Shown here: positions 18,028-28,072 of the stretch, piece after piece | Layout of the letters: every line of letters starts with the position of its first letter | Position numbering within the stretch: position 1 is the first letter of the stretch | Origin: Dehalococcoidia bacterium | GTDB lineage: Bacteria > Chloroflexota > Dehalococcoidia > Plut-88900 | NCBI GenBank assembly: GCA_965249275.1 | Contig: CBDFLQ010000007.1 | Location: 576,001-640,000, forward strand | Direction: 5' to 3' | Length of the DNA: 64,000 nt | Program-made: the position numbers and the translations under genes | The notes under the pieces: model-generated | The model's input: only the letters and a program-made list of their open reading frames with translations | Database searches by the model: none | Told to the model about the DNA's origin: nothing

Positions 18028-18840
18028 CTAGTGCTCCATTATCAGGCCGCCGTCGATGTTTATGGACTGGCCGTGTATCCACGACGATGCCTTAGTGCAA
18101 AGGTAGGCTATAAACTCACCCACCTCCTCATCCGTCCCGTTCCGTCCTATCGGCGTTTCCTGGGCCATCTGGTCCCATGCGTCCGAGTAAACCAGATCGT
18201 CCATCCTATGGGTGTCGACTGCCCCCGGGCAGACGCAATTAACGTTCACCCCGTAAGGGCCCAACTCCTCGGCCAGCGTCTGTGTCATTGCCACCTGCGC
18301 AAAGCATCCGGCGCAATAGGCAAGGGTGTCAGCGTCTCCCTTCTTTCCCGCCCCCGACGACACGTTGACTATCTTTCCACCCTCCCCCCGAGCCAGCATC
18401 ACCTGCGCCGCCGCCTTAGAGCACAGGTACGTGCCCATTATCTTGATGTCGACAACCTTCTTGAATATGGCGTCATCCAGGACCACCGTAGGGACGCGGT
18501 CGGCGCCCCGGGCATAGGCAGCGTTGTTCACCATGATGTCGATTCGACCGAATTCCCGGACCGTTTGGGCGGCCATCTCAGCTACGTTCTCCGCGTTGGA
18601 CACGTCCACGACCAGCGGCAGCGCCCTCCGCCCGAGGGCCCGCACCTGCTCCGCCGTACTCTCGATGTCTTTCCAGCCTATTGCCTTCTCGTCATCCGGG
18701 AAGCTGGCCGGGTTTCGACCTGTTCCGGTCGGCACTATATCCGCTCCCAGCTGTGCCAGTGCGACGCACGCTGCCCTGCCGATCCCCCTCAATCTCCCCG
18801 CTCCCGTGACTATTGCTACTTTTCCATCCAGCTCACCCAT
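18028..18840 (-). CDS. SDR-family oxidoreductase (tandem paralog B)
   Basis: Same length as paralog A (270 aa), about 26 substitutions by manual count. Confidence 0.93.
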   Translation of the reverse strand: MGELDGKVAIVTGAGRLRGIGRAACVALAQLGADIVPTGTGRNPASFPDDEKAIGWKDIESTAEQVRALGRRALPLVVDVSNAENVAEMAAQTVREFGRIDIMVNNAAYARGADRVPTVVLDDAIFKKVVDIKIMGTYLCSKAAAQVMLARGEGGKIVNVSSGAGKKGDADTLAYCAGCFAQVAMTQTLAEELGPYGVNVNCVCPGAVDTHRMDDLVYSDAWDQMAQETPIGRNGTDEEVGEFIAYLCTKASSWIHGQSINIDGGLIMEH

Positions 18841-18981
18841 TTTGTTCTCCGTTCCGTTGTAGGCCGTCGAAATCCGGGTCCTTGAATGCCGAAAAGTCTA
18901 GAGACCGCTCACCCAATCCGTCAACGCTCTTACACTCTTACACCCTTGCACCTGACACTCAAACCCCATACTCTACCCGTC

Positions 18982-19851
18982 ATGCAGGACTTCAAGACGG
19001 GGACCATAACAGCAAATGCGGTCGACTTCAGCTACGTCGAGGCGGGGAGTGGGCCTCTTGTCCTGTGCTTCCACGGCTTCCCCGACAACGCCTACACCTA
19101 TCGCTATCTTCTCCCTCAACTCGCCGACGCCGGCTACCGAGCCGTTGCGCCCTTCATGCGGGGTTACGCTCCTACACCCGTTCCTGCCGACGGGAGATAT
19201 CAGTCGGCCGTGCTTGGCCGGGACGCCTTGGCCCTGATCCAGGCTCTGGGGGCCGAGTCCGCAATCCTCATCGGCCATGACTGGGGCGCCCTTGCCACTT
19301 ACGCAGCCGCGACTCTCGAGCCCGAAAAGGTTGTCAAGCTCGTTACCCTAGGCTCCGCTCATCCCGGCGCATCCCTTGATCACGACTTCGACTACCTGCG
19401 TGGCACCTGGCATTCCTACTACTTCCAGCTCCCCTCCGCCGAGGCCACTCTCCCTCATGACGACTTCCAATTTATCGTCGACTGGTGGAAGAACGCTTCT
19501 CCCAACTGGGACATCCCGCCCGAGTTGCTGGAGTCGGTGAAGAATACCTTCCGACAACCGGGAGTAGTGAAGGCCGCTCTCAATTACTACCGCCACGCCA
19601 TCAACGCGTCTCTGCGAGACCCTAGCCTCGAAGACACCGAGGCTAAACTCGCTGACGGCCCCGTCACCGTGTCCACTCTCGCTCTTCACGGCACCCATGA
19701 CCGTCCCAAGCGCCTCGAATCTTTCGAGCAGATGGACCGTTTATTCTCAGGCCCATTGACCAAGGTAGTCATCCCAGGTACGGGCCACTTCGTCCACCTC
19801 GAAGAACCCGAGCAAACAGCCCGGTTGGTCCTGGATTTCCTGGGTTCCTAG
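18982..19851 (+). CDS. Alpha/beta hydrolase, epoxide-hydrolase-like
   Basis: HGFP, MRGY, GHDWG nucleophile and GHFVHLE. Confidence 0.92.
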   Translation: MQDFKTGTITANAVDFSYVEAGSGPLVLCFHGFPDNAYTYRYLLPQLADAGYRAVAPFMRGYAPTPVPADGRYQSAVLGRDALALIQALGAESAILIGHDWGALATYAAATLEPEKVVKLVTLGSAHPGASLDHDFDYLRGTWHSYYFQLPSAEATLPHDDFQFIVDWWKNASPNWDIPPELLESVKNTFRQPGVVKAALNYYRHAINASLRDPSLEDTEAKLADGPVTVSTLALHGTHDRPKRLESFEQMDRLFSGPLTKVVIPGTGHFVHLEEPEQTARLVLDFLGS

Positions 19852-19871
19852 CGACAGCCAAAGGTTCCGGC

Positions 19872-20723
19872 CTAGGCCCAATCCGCGTCCAGGCCAGTCA
19901 TTTGGCAGCTCACGTCCCACAGGCGTCGGGTCGTTGCTTCGTCGTAAGACTCGAGAGACGACTCGACCGCACGCTCCCGGACGAAGTAACGTCCACTCAA
20001 TCCCTCAACTTCCTCCGATGATGCAAGATAGACCGACGTCCGGGCCCCGGCCTCCGCATCGACTGAAATTATCCTGGTCACGGCCTTTAGCTTACGCGGC
20101 AATCCTCCGGCGTCGGCCAGCAGGTTGGTAGCCACTATCCCCGGATGAAGGCAGTTGACAGTGACCCCAGTCCCTTTCAGCCGCCTGGCAAGCTCGTATG
20201 TGAAGAGGATGTTAGCCAGCTTCGTCCGACCATATACCTTGGTCCGGGTATAGCCTCGTTCGGAGTGAAGGTCCTCAAAATCAATAACCGCACCCGCGTG
20301 CACCTGCGATGAAACGTTCACTATTCGCCCCGGCGAGCTAGCTTTCAGAAGGTCAAGGAGCAGGCCGGTCAGAAGAAAGTAAGCAAGGTGATTCACGGCG
20401 AACTGCCTCTCAAATCCGTCACCGGTCACTTCCCGCCGACGCGGTATCACCGCCGCGTTGTTCAACAGCACGTGAAGTTCTCCGAAGCCTTCTTTCACCT
20501 CTCCTGCGAGCTTTCTTATCGAGTCTTGATCTGAAAGCTCCGCAATGAGCAGATGCACATTACCATTCCCTGACTTATCTTTGACCAATTGATGCGCTTT
20601 CCGGCCCCGCCCCTCGTCCCGGCTCACCATCAAGACTTGGGCTCCCAGCTTCGCCAGGCCCAGCGCCGTGGTTAGCCCGATACCCGCGTTCGCACCCGTG
20701 ATCAAGACCGTCTTATCTTTCAT
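19872..20723 (-). CDS. Retinol-dehydrogenase-like SDR
   Basis: TGANAGIG, NNA, VNHL, YGRTK and HPG motifs. Confidence 0.93.
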   Translation of the reverse strand: MKDKTVLITGANAGIGLTTALGLAKLGAQVLMVSRDEGRGRKAHQLVKDKSGNGNVHLLIAELSDQDSIRKLAGEVKEGFGELHVLLNNAAVIPRRREVTGDGFERQFAVNHLAYFLLTGLLLDLLKASSPGRIVNVSSQVHAGAVIDFEDLHSERGYTRTKVYGRTKLANILFTYELARRLKGTGVTVNCLHPGIVATNLLADAGGLPRKLKAVTRIISVDAEAGARTSVYLASSEEVEGLSGRYFVRERAVESSLESYDEATTRRLWDVSCQMTGLDADWA

Positions 20724-20819
20724 TAGTTCGCGATTGCCTCTCCTCAAATTTCACTTCGACGAGAATACCAGACTATGTGTGTCCCCCACCCATGTATAAT
20801 CCCCAACCGCGAGGCCAAT

Positions 20820-21698
20820 ATGAAGCTGCACCTGATAGACGGCACCTACGAGCTGTTCCGCGCCCATTTTGCGATGCCGCCCCTCTCCACCCCCGACGGT
20901 CGGCCCGTGGGAGCGGTCAGGGGCCTGGTCCAAACCCTTCTTTTGCTCCTGCGCCAGCCCGACGTCACACATGTCGCATGTGCCTTTGACCACGTTATCA
21001 CCTCCTTCCGTAACGACCTCTTCGAGGGGTACAAGGACGGGACGGGCATCCCGGAGGAACTTGCCTCCCAGTTTTCCCTTGCCGAGGACGCGGTGCGTGC
21101 GCTTGGTATAGTCGTTTGGCCCATGGTCGAGTTTGAAGCCGACGACGCCCTCGCAACAGCTGCCGTTAGATGGCAGAACGCCGAGGAAATTGAGCAGATA
21201 GTCATCTGCTCTCCCGACAAAGACCTATGCCAAGTCGTCTCCGGTGACAAGGTAGTCTGCCTGGACAGAAGACGGGAGATCGTCCTAGACGAGCCCAGTG
21301 TCATCGACAAGTTCGGAGTCGCCCCGCCCTCCATCCCCGACTTTCTAGCCTTGGTCGGAGACAATGCCGACGGCATCCCGGGCATTCCTCGCTGGGGCGC
21401 ATCCAGCACTGCAACCATCCTCGACTCCTACCGCCGCATCGAGGACATACCCCCGGACCCCGGCCAGTGGAACGTGAAAGTCCGTGGCGCGATGGCCCTT
21501 TCGCAAAACCTGGAAACCATGCGGAGCCAGGCCCTTCTCTACAAGAAGCTCGCGATCCTGAGAACAGACGTCCCGCTTGAGGAGGAACTGGAAGACCTGC
21601 GATGGAGCGGTCTCCCCAACCCAGGGTTCCACGACTTCTGCAGCAGTTTGGGTTTCACCCGTCTGGCAGAGTCCAATCTGCCTGTCGCGGGTAAGTAA
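20820..21698 (+). CDS. Stand-alone 5'-3' exonuclease/flap endonuclease (Pol I N-terminal-like)
   Basis: LIDGT, FRNDLFEGYK, EADD, SPDKDL and LVGDNADGIPG. Confidence 0.92.
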   Translation: MKLHLIDGTYELFRAHFAMPPLSTPDGRPVGAVRGLVQTLLLLLRQPDVTHVACAFDHVITSFRNDLFEGYKDGTGIPEELASQFSLAEDAVRALGIVVWPMVEFEADDALATAAVRWQNAEEIEQIVICSPDKDLCQVVSGDKVVCLDRRREIVLDEPSVIDKFGVAPPSIPDFLALVGDNADGIPGIPRWGASSTATILDSYRRIEDIPPDPGQWNVKVRGAMALSQNLETMRSQALLYKKLAILRTDVPLEEELEDLRWSGLPNPGFHDFCSSLGFTRLAESNLPVAGK

Positions 21699-21749
21699 GC
21701 ATCGAGAAATTCGCTGTATTCTTCGATGCTTACTTAACCCTTTGGAGAG

Positions 21750-22310
21750 TCATCCCTCCCGGGTAACCCAACTCCAGTCCCCTACACTACCGCGCTTGTT
21801 CAGTCCCCTTTGCTGGCCCCTCAGATACGAAATCTGCCCGACGTGCTGTGCAATCTCACAGATAAGATGGGTCCACACCCGGCCTATCGTGTAGCCCCGT
21901 CGCCTCGGGTGATCGCTCGGCGGGATGTGGTCATAGTCATAGGGCTTTAGGGAGCGATGGTAGGCCCTGCTTTCGGTGCGCACCTCACGCCTATACTGGA
22001 CAAGCTCCTCAATAGGCGGGTTGGGGAATGCCGCCAACTGCTCCCGTCCGTACCCAAATCCCGTGTCGCCCGCCGCTATACCCCACCGAGTCGTCCATCC
22101 TCCTCTCTCAAACACCTGGGGCTGCCTTAACGAATAGTCGCTGACAAATATGTCCTCGGCTCGACTCATGTGCCAAACGAGAAAGCATATCGAGTTGGAG
22201 TCCTCGTCAGGCCTCCACACCAGCTCCTCTCGGCTCAAGTCTTCCAATTGATGAACCAATTCCTTTTCCAATTCTTCAAAACTCTCTTCCACCATCTGCC
22301 TAACGTCCAT
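21750..22310 (-). CDS. DinB-family protein
   Basis: NSICFLVWH...ED and HLICEIAQHVGQISYLRG. Confidence 0.88.
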   Translation of the reverse strand: MDVRQMVEESFEELEKELVHQLEDLSREELVWRPDEDSNSICFLVWHMSRAEDIFVSDYSLRQPQVFERGGWTTRWGIAAGDTGFGYGREQLAAFPNPPIEELVQYRREVRTESRAYHRSLKPYDYDHIPPSDHPRRRGYTIGRVWTHLICEIAQHVGQISYLRGQQRGLNKRGSVGDWSWVTREG

Positions 22311-22418
22311 ATCGTGCCTCTCTATGAAAAGTCTAGTTGGGTGGGAGCGGGATGCACCCGGGCCTAATTATACCTGCCCCTTTGTGCCAAGCTGCAGGGT
22401 GACAGCCAGTATTCAACC

Positions 22419-22868
22419 TTAGTTGATCAGCAAGGAACCGCCCCATTCCCCTACTTCGGCAGGGGCCAGCCGGATTACGCCCGGCAAGTTGTCAAAGTCC
22501 GTGTCCGCTGAAATGATGCGGTCGACGCCCAGCCGTTTCATCACTGCTGCATGAACTAGGTCACGAGAACTCACCTCCGGGTAACGGTCCGCGAGATCGC
22601 CGGCCCACTCGACGTCTTCGAGGAATACAGGCTCCACTCTGTAGCGCATGGCCTCCGCGAAGGACTGAAAGATATCTCGGCCCAATGCCCATCTACCGGA
22701 AGAGCGGTATCGGTGCAAGAGTTCTTGCAGCACTTCGCCATCGGTAAAGAATGACCGCGGATGTAGAGCAACCACCCTCAATACTTGCAAGCAGGGTGCC
22801 TTGTAAGGATGCTCTCTCCCACCCGCATAGATCGGGATGTTTGCGTCAATAAAGGCCGCCGGGCTCAT
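22419..22868 (-). CDS. vapC: VapC-family PIN-domain toxin
   Basis: FIDANIP, EVLQE, RDLVHAA and ISADTDFD. Confidence 0.9.
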   Translation of the reverse strand: MSPAAFIDANIPIYAGGREHPYKAPCLQVLRVVALHPRSFFTDGEVLQELLHRYRSSGRWALGRDIFQSFAEAMRYRVEPVFLEDVEWAGDLADRYPEVSSRDLVHAAVMKRLGVDRIISADTDFDNLPGVIRLAPAEVGEWGGSLLIN

Positions 22869-23094
22869 GAGCCGCCTCCAGTTCTCGGGACAGCTGCTCG
22901 GGGTCGGGGACGTCTTCAACTTCCAGGCTTCCTATCCTTTCGACAGCCCGTATGCGACGCCCCAGCATTATTTCTTCGTATGCGTCGTCTATCAAACGCC
23001 TGACAACTTCGGAAATCGGCTCGCCCTTTTCTTCAACCAGTATTTCCAGCCTTCGGCGGTGCTCCGAATCAAGACGCACGTCCAACCTTGCCAT
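22846..23094 (-). CDS. Ribbon-helix-helix antitoxin (VapB/CopG-like)
   Basis: RLDVRLD...ISEVVRRLID; directly upstream of and overlapping the PIN gene. Confidence 0.8.
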   Translation of the reverse strand: MARLDVRLDSEHRRRLEILVEEKGEPISEVVRRLIDDAYEEIMLGRRIRAVERIGSLEVEDVPDPEQLSRELEAAHEPGGLY

Positions 23095-23239
23095 GTATTC
23101 CTCCCTGTACGTGCTCAAATGTACGGAAACAATTGTCCGTCAACAGCCATATCCTGTCAATGCTGACGTTAAATGGGCGCTCCTGAACTCCCCCCACCCG
23201 CTATACTATCCTCCGACACCCCTGCTAAAGGACAACTAC

Positions 23240-24091
23240 ATGCTTGTAACAGAACGCCGGATGCGGTTCAGGGACTACCTAGCACGGGAAGGCTGTGTAC
23301 GGCCCGCCTCCGTGTTCGACGCCATGTCCGCCCGGCTCGCCGAGGCCGCAGGCTTCGAGATCGGCATGCTTGCCGGGTCTATAGCGTCTGCCGTCGCCAT
23401 AGGCGCTCCCGACTGGACCCTGATCACCCTCACCGAGTTCGCCGACCAGGCCCGGCGCATCACCCGGGCATCCGACATCAGCCTTATGGTCGACGCCGAC
23501 CACGGCTACGGCAACGCCCTCAACGTCATGCGAACCGTTGAGGAGATGGAGAACGCCGGGGTTTCCGCCCTGACAATCGAGGACACCGTGCTCCCGGTTC
23601 CCTTCGCCTCGGGCCCCGATCTGCAGTTAATCTCCATCCCGGAAATGACCGGTAAGCTCAAAGCCGCCCTGCGGGCCCGACGCGACGAATCTCTCGTGAT
23701 TATCGGTAGAAGCATCGCTGGCCCCGACTCCGTTGTGGAGCGCGCTCGCGCCTATGCCAAGCTGGGTGTAGATGCGCTGTTCTTCACCGGTATCTCTACC
23801 ATCGCTCTTTTGGAAGAAGTGCGTAAGGCCGCACCCATACCTCTCCTCACGGGTTCAAGTTCACCTGAGCTTGACGATCTTGATCGCCTGGCATCCGTTG
23901 GAGTAAGAATCGCACAGAAGGGGCACCTGCCCATCCGGGCAGCGATAAATGCGCTCTTCGATACCTATAAGGCGCAGAAGTCGGGCCTGGGAGCCGCCGA
24001 CCTCAAAGGCACCCTCGCCCCCGAAGAAACGATGAGCATCGCTCTAGGCCAGGACGCCTATGACCAGTGGAAACAGGAGTTCCTAACCTAA
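23240..24091 (+). CDS. Isocitrate lyase/PEP mutase family enzyme, oxaloacetate-decarboxylase-like
   Basis: ASVFD..SAR, LAGS, DADHGYGNALNVMRTV and IEDT.LP. Confidence 0.88.
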   Translation: MLVTERRMRFRDYLAREGCVRPASVFDAMSARLAEAAGFEIGMLAGSIASAVAIGAPDWTLITLTEFADQARRITRASDISLMVDADHGYGNALNVMRTVEEMENAGVSALTIEDTVLPVPFASGPDLQLISIPEMTGKLKAALRARRDESLVIIGRSIAGPDSVVERARAYAKLGVDALFFTGISTIALLEEVRKAAPIPLLTGSSSPELDDLDRLASVGVRIAQKGHLPIRAAINALFDTYKAQKSGLGAADLKGTLAPEETMSIALGQDAYDQWKQEFLT

Positions 24092-24116
24092 CGAGCGCAG
24101 ACTCTCGGCTGCGGGG

Positions 24117-25769
24117 CTACGTCGCGTAGGCCTCTGCCCCGGGTCTCCGGTACACCTCCCGGCCCCCGAGAAACACGTAGTCCACTTTCACGTCCAGCAG
24201 TTCGTCACCCGTCATGCCCATCGGGTCACGGTTCAGGACTACGATGTCGGCCAACTTGCCCACTTCCAGGCTTCCCTTTGAATCTTGCTCGCCAAGGGCA
24301 GCCGCCGGATAGATGGTGTGCATCTTCAGCGCTTCGTCTACCGACACCCTCTGCTCCGGGTCGATTATCTGTCCGGTGAACGTCTGACGCTTCACGGCAC
24401 ACCAGATGCTGAAGAACGGGTTCAGGTGCCTGACCTCTGAGCCCGATCCGTCTGAGCTGCAGGGCAGCTCCCACCCATCGTCCAACATGGTGCGGAACGA
24501 AAACCTGCCCTTGCTGGCATAGTCGCCCATGTAGACCGGGAAGTAGTCCCCGAAGGTGTAGAGGAAAACGGCCTGGGGCGCCGGCATGATGCCCGCCCTG
24601 CGCCACAGCTCCCGGGTCCCGGGGTCCGACACGAAGTTCCCGGCGTGCTCCATCCGGTTCACCATATGGCCCGTCGGCGGGTCACCAAGTTCGATAGCCA
24701 CCTTGCACATCGACTCCTGGGCCCTCTCACCGTTGCAGTGGATGATCAGCTGCAGCCCCGCCTCCCGGGTCCCGACCATCGCATTGAGGATTTGGCGCCG
24801 GTTTAGGCCCAGCTTCCCCCTCGAACCATTCCGTCCGACGTAGGGCAGCTTCACCGCCGCCAGCGCCGCGGAGTACCCCCCGTCGGCGAACATCTTAACC
24901 CCTTGAATGCGCATGTACTTGTCATCGGAGTTGATGGTGAGGTGCTCCTGCCACCGGCACGCATCCTTGATCGACATGAGCCGCGGTGCCCATATGTACG
25001 TCCTGAACCGGACGTTTATCTCGCCGCTGCCGATCAGCCGGTCTGCCAGCTCGATACCCTCGGAGCTGTGGGATATGTCCCCGATTGTCGTCACGCCGTT
25101 GGTGGTCAAATGCTCACGGGTTATCGCCTTAAGGGCCTTCTCCTTGGTAGACAAGTCGGGGCGGGGTATGGGGAGCAGGTGCTCGAGGTCCCTGATGATT
25201 CCATTGGGGTGACCCGACTCATCGAGCTCCACCGTGGCGCCTGCCGGGACTCGGAAACCCGGGCCAATGCCCACCAGTTCCAGGGCCTTGGAGTTCAGTA
25301 TCAGGTTGTGGCCCCCGGCCATCATCGCCACAGGGATATCGGTGCTCACCTTGTCCAGGTCGTGTCGGTCGGGAAGGCGTTTATCCTTGAGTTTCTGGTC
25401 TTGGAACAGGCTCCCGTGGCCAAATAGCCAGCCCGTCTCCTCCGCCATGTCCATTCTCTCTCGGAATGCCTCTATAACGTCGTCTATCGTCTCCCGAGGA
25501 GGAGTGTGTACGTCGACCCGGTTGTACAGGGCCAAAGACGCCATCTCAGGGTGTACGTGGACGTCGACGAATCCCGGCATTATGGGCCGGTTCCCGAAAT
25601 TGTACGTGGTGTAGTTCTGACCCAAACCGCCCGTAACCGCATCTCGCGGGCCAACACCAGCGATCGTATCACCATTCACGGCCACCGCATCGTCGTCTCG
25701 GCCAGATTTTCCGGCCATCGTTATAAGCTGCCGAGATTTCAGCAGCAGCCTTTTATCCCCCGACGCCAC
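24117..25769 (-). CDS. Amidohydrolase_3 (YtcJ-like) metal-dependent hydrolase
   Basis: MPGFVDVHVH, KMFADG, HCNGE, RMEHA and GSLEVGKLADIVVL. Start is GTG 25769 or ATG 25808. Confidence 0.9.
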   Translation of the reverse strand: MASGDKRLLLKSRQLITMAGKSGRDDDAVAVNGDTIAGVGPRDAVTGGLGQNYTTYNFGNRPIMPGFVDVHVHPEMASLALYNRVDVHTPPRETIDDVIEAFRERMDMAEETGWLFGHGSLFQDQKLKDKRLPDRHDLDKVSTDIPVAMMAGGHNLILNSKALELVGIGPGFRVPAGATVELDESGHPNGIIRDLEHLLPIPRPDLSTKEKALKAITREHLTTNGVTTIGDISHSSEGIELADRLIGSGEINVRFRTYIWAPRLMSIKDACRWQEHLTINSDDKYMRIQGVKMFADGGYSAALAAVKLPYVGRNGSRGKLGLNRRQILNAMVGTREAGLQLIIHCNGERAQESMCKVAIELGDPPTGHMVNRMEHAGNFVSDPGTRELWRRAGIMPAPQAVFLYTFGDYFPVYMGDYASKGRFSFRTMLDDGWELPCSSDGSGSEVRHLNPFFSIWCAVKRQTFTGQIIDPEQRVSVDEALKMHTIYPAAALGEQDSKGSLEVGKLADIVVLNRDPMGMTGDELLDVKVDYVFLGGREVYRRPGAEAYAT

Positions 25770-26859
25770 AGGCCACCCCCTTCCCCGCCAGGACCGGTTC
25801 CCGTCCATTCGTAGCCGACTCCCGGGCCCTGTAGGGAGTCATAACTTCTTTGGCGAACAGCTTCAGAGACCGCATCATATCCTCGTGCCCTGGGCCGAAG
25901 TGTGTAAACAGTGAAAGGTGATCGAGACCCGCTCTATCGAAGGCGTATACCTTCTCCAGGACCTCGTCGGGAGTTCCCATGAGCAGGTTGTCATAGACCT
26001 CCTGCTGGGATGGGTCATCGTCGTTGGACTCGGGGGCCACATAGGCCCTGGGGTTGGAGTTCTGGGTGTAGTCGTGCAGCCGGGTCCCGATCCGGTGGTT
26101 AATCACTACGTCCCGCGTCTTGGCGAATGCCTCCTCCTTGGTCTCTGCCACATAATACATCCTCGACATCCCAACTCTCTGCTCCCCGCGCGCATGGCCA
26201 GACTCTTCCCTCCCCTGATGAAAAGCGTCACATATCCGCTGGATGTGGCTCATGGGACGCCGGAAGGGTGCATTGAATACGTTGTATCCCTTGCGGGCAT
26301 AGTGCAGCGCCGTGGATTCGTGCATGCACCCGACCCAAACCGGGGGGTGAGGGTCTTGCACGGGTCGGGGCCAGATATACGTGTTTTCGAAAGACCAGAA
26401 CTTGCCCTCGTGCGCTATCCCTTCGTCCTTGCTGTGCCAGACCTTTTCCAGGATTTCGAGAGACTCATCAAAGCGGGCCCGGCTGTCCCCGAACTCCTGC
26501 CCGAAGCGGTCAAACTCGTACTTGTAGGCGCCCCTTGCCACGCCCAGCTCAAACTTGCCGTTCAGCATGTTGTCAGTGGCGGCTATGTCGCCCGCTATCG
26601 CCAGGGGGTGGTGGAACGGCAGAAGGACTACCGCAGTCCCGACGGTCGCGTTCTTCACGTATTGCCCGACCTGGGTGGCGCCCAGCAGCGCGTTCGGCGC
26701 AGGGATGTAGTGGATCAGGTGGTGCTCCGGCACCCAAACGTTGTCGAACCCGAGGTCATCGGCGAGAATCGCTAGCTCCAGCATGTTCTTGTACATGTCC
26801 AGGCCGCGCTGCTCTTCGTAGATCTGCATAAAGGAGAGGAACAGGCCGAATGTCATCAT
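25753..26859 (-). CDS. LLM-class flavin-dependent monooxygenase
   Basis: LGFDNVWVPEHH, GTAVVLLPFHHP, LGVARG and PRPVQDPHPPVW. Confidence 0.93.
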   Translation of the reverse strand: MMTFGLFLSFMQIYEEQRGLDMYKNMLELAILADDLGFDNVWVPEHHLIHYIPAPNALLGATQVGQYVKNATVGTAVVLLPFHHPLAIAGDIAATDNMLNGKFELGVARGAYKYEFDRFGQEFGDSRARFDESLEILEKVWHSKDEGIAHEGKFWSFENTYIWPRPVQDPHPPVWVGCMHESTALHYARKGYNVFNAPFRRPMSHIQRICDAFHQGREESGHARGEQRVGMSRMYYVAETKEEAFAKTRDVVINHRIGTRLHDYTQNSNPRAYVAPESNDDDPSQQEVYDNLLMGTPDEVLEKVYAFDRAGLDHLSLFTHFGPGHEDMMRSLKLFAKEVMTPYRARESATNGREPVLAGKGVACGVGG

Positions 26860-26981
26860 GGTCTATCTGTCCTTCAGGTGTTGCCCGTTTAGAAATTGCG
26901 ATATCCGGCTATCGGACATTCGCCAGGCTCGGCAAACAATACCTTTGCCACGCCAAAACTGTCAATTCGCCTTGCGAAATC

Positions 26982-27932
26982 CTACGCCAGACACCTCAAA
27001 GGACTCCCTCCGTTATAATCCTCCATCTCTGCGATGATAGGCCTCATCTCCAGTTTTTCGCCCCACTTCTGTCCTTTGATCTCTGAAAAGGCACGGTGAA
27101 TGTTTCCCACCAGCCGTTCCGAGTCATGCCATTCTGAGAACTCGCCGAGGTCCGCGCTTCGGGCTATCTCCAACGGCCCCGCACCCGCGTCAAACCCCTC
27201 CCTGGCGATGTCCTGAACAAACCTGAGATATGCCTCGGTGGGGTCGAAAAGTTCTGGGCCGCACACGGGCCCGTGGCCCGGGACTATGGTCTCGGGACCG
27301 AGCGCTCTGAGCTTCTCGACGGCCTCCAAAGACCCGGCCACCGACCCCATGACGACAAACGGTGTCCCTTCATTGAATATCAGATCGCCTGAAAACAACA
27401 GCTTTAGGTCGGGGAGCCACACCACGGTGTCGTTGGTCGTGTGGGCGGGGCCCATGAAGATAAGCTCCAGCCTCAAGTCCTCGACGTGCAGAGTCATTTT
27501 GTCCTGATAGGTCACCGCCGGGGCGGCCAGTTCCAGGTTGCCCCAGTCCACGTTGGGGAACAGCATTCCTATGGGGTTGTCGGGCTGGGGAAGTCCCGCC
27601 TCCAGTATGGCTTCCCGGCATAGCTCGTGTGCAACAATGATCGAATCCGGGAACAGGTAGTTCCCGTGGGTGTGGTCGCCGTGGTGATGCGTATTGATCA
27701 GAGTTTGAAGCGGCAGCTTGGTTACTCCCCGTATCGAATCGATAAAGGTACGCGTCCTGCGCTCGGTGAAGCAGGTGTCAATGACCGTCGCCCCCCTCCT
27801 CCCGACCACGAAACCCGCGTTGTTCAATCCCCAGCTCCCGTCAGCTTGCAGATAGCAGAAGATGCGATCAGCCACTTCCTTCACCTCGGGCGGCGGGAGT
27901 TCACTGCTCTTTTCGAATTGGTCGATGCTCAT
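26982..27932 (-). CDS. Metallo-beta-lactamase-fold hydrolase (cyclase-like)
   Basis: NTHHHGDHTHGN, AHT, SGDL and VPGHG. Confidence 0.92.
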   Translation of the reverse strand: MSIDQFEKSSELPPPEVKEVADRIFCYLQADGSWGLNNAGFVVGRRGATVIDTCFTERRTRTFIDSIRGVTKLPLQTLINTHHHGDHTHGNYLFPDSIIVAHELCREAILEAGLPQPDNPIGMLFPNVDWGNLELAAPAVTYQDKMTLHVEDLRLELIFMGPAHTTNDTVVWLPDLKLLFSGDLIFNEGTPFVVMGSVAGSLEAVEKLRALGPETIVPGHGPVCGPELFDPTEAYLRFVQDIAREGFDAGAGPLEIARSADLGEFSEWHDSERLVGNIHRAFSEIKGQKWGEKLEMRPIIAEMEDYNGGSPLRCLA

Positions 27933-28072
27933 GGGATTTCCCTTCTTGCGCTATTCCGGAAATGGTCTCGCTTGCCGTACCGAGGTTCCATATTATATTG
28001 TCACGGCGAAACATCCCAATACCGCGCTCATCTAGCGCCCCGATACCAGGGCCCAAGACACGGGAGACCAAC

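Noticed and set aside
22952-23239. Long N-terminal extensions in the ORF track (e.g. starts at 22952, 27962, 36983, 38632, 48090, 54793)
   Set aside because: They overlap neighbouring genes, promoters or repeats. Family homology starts at the downstream ATGs used in the feature list.
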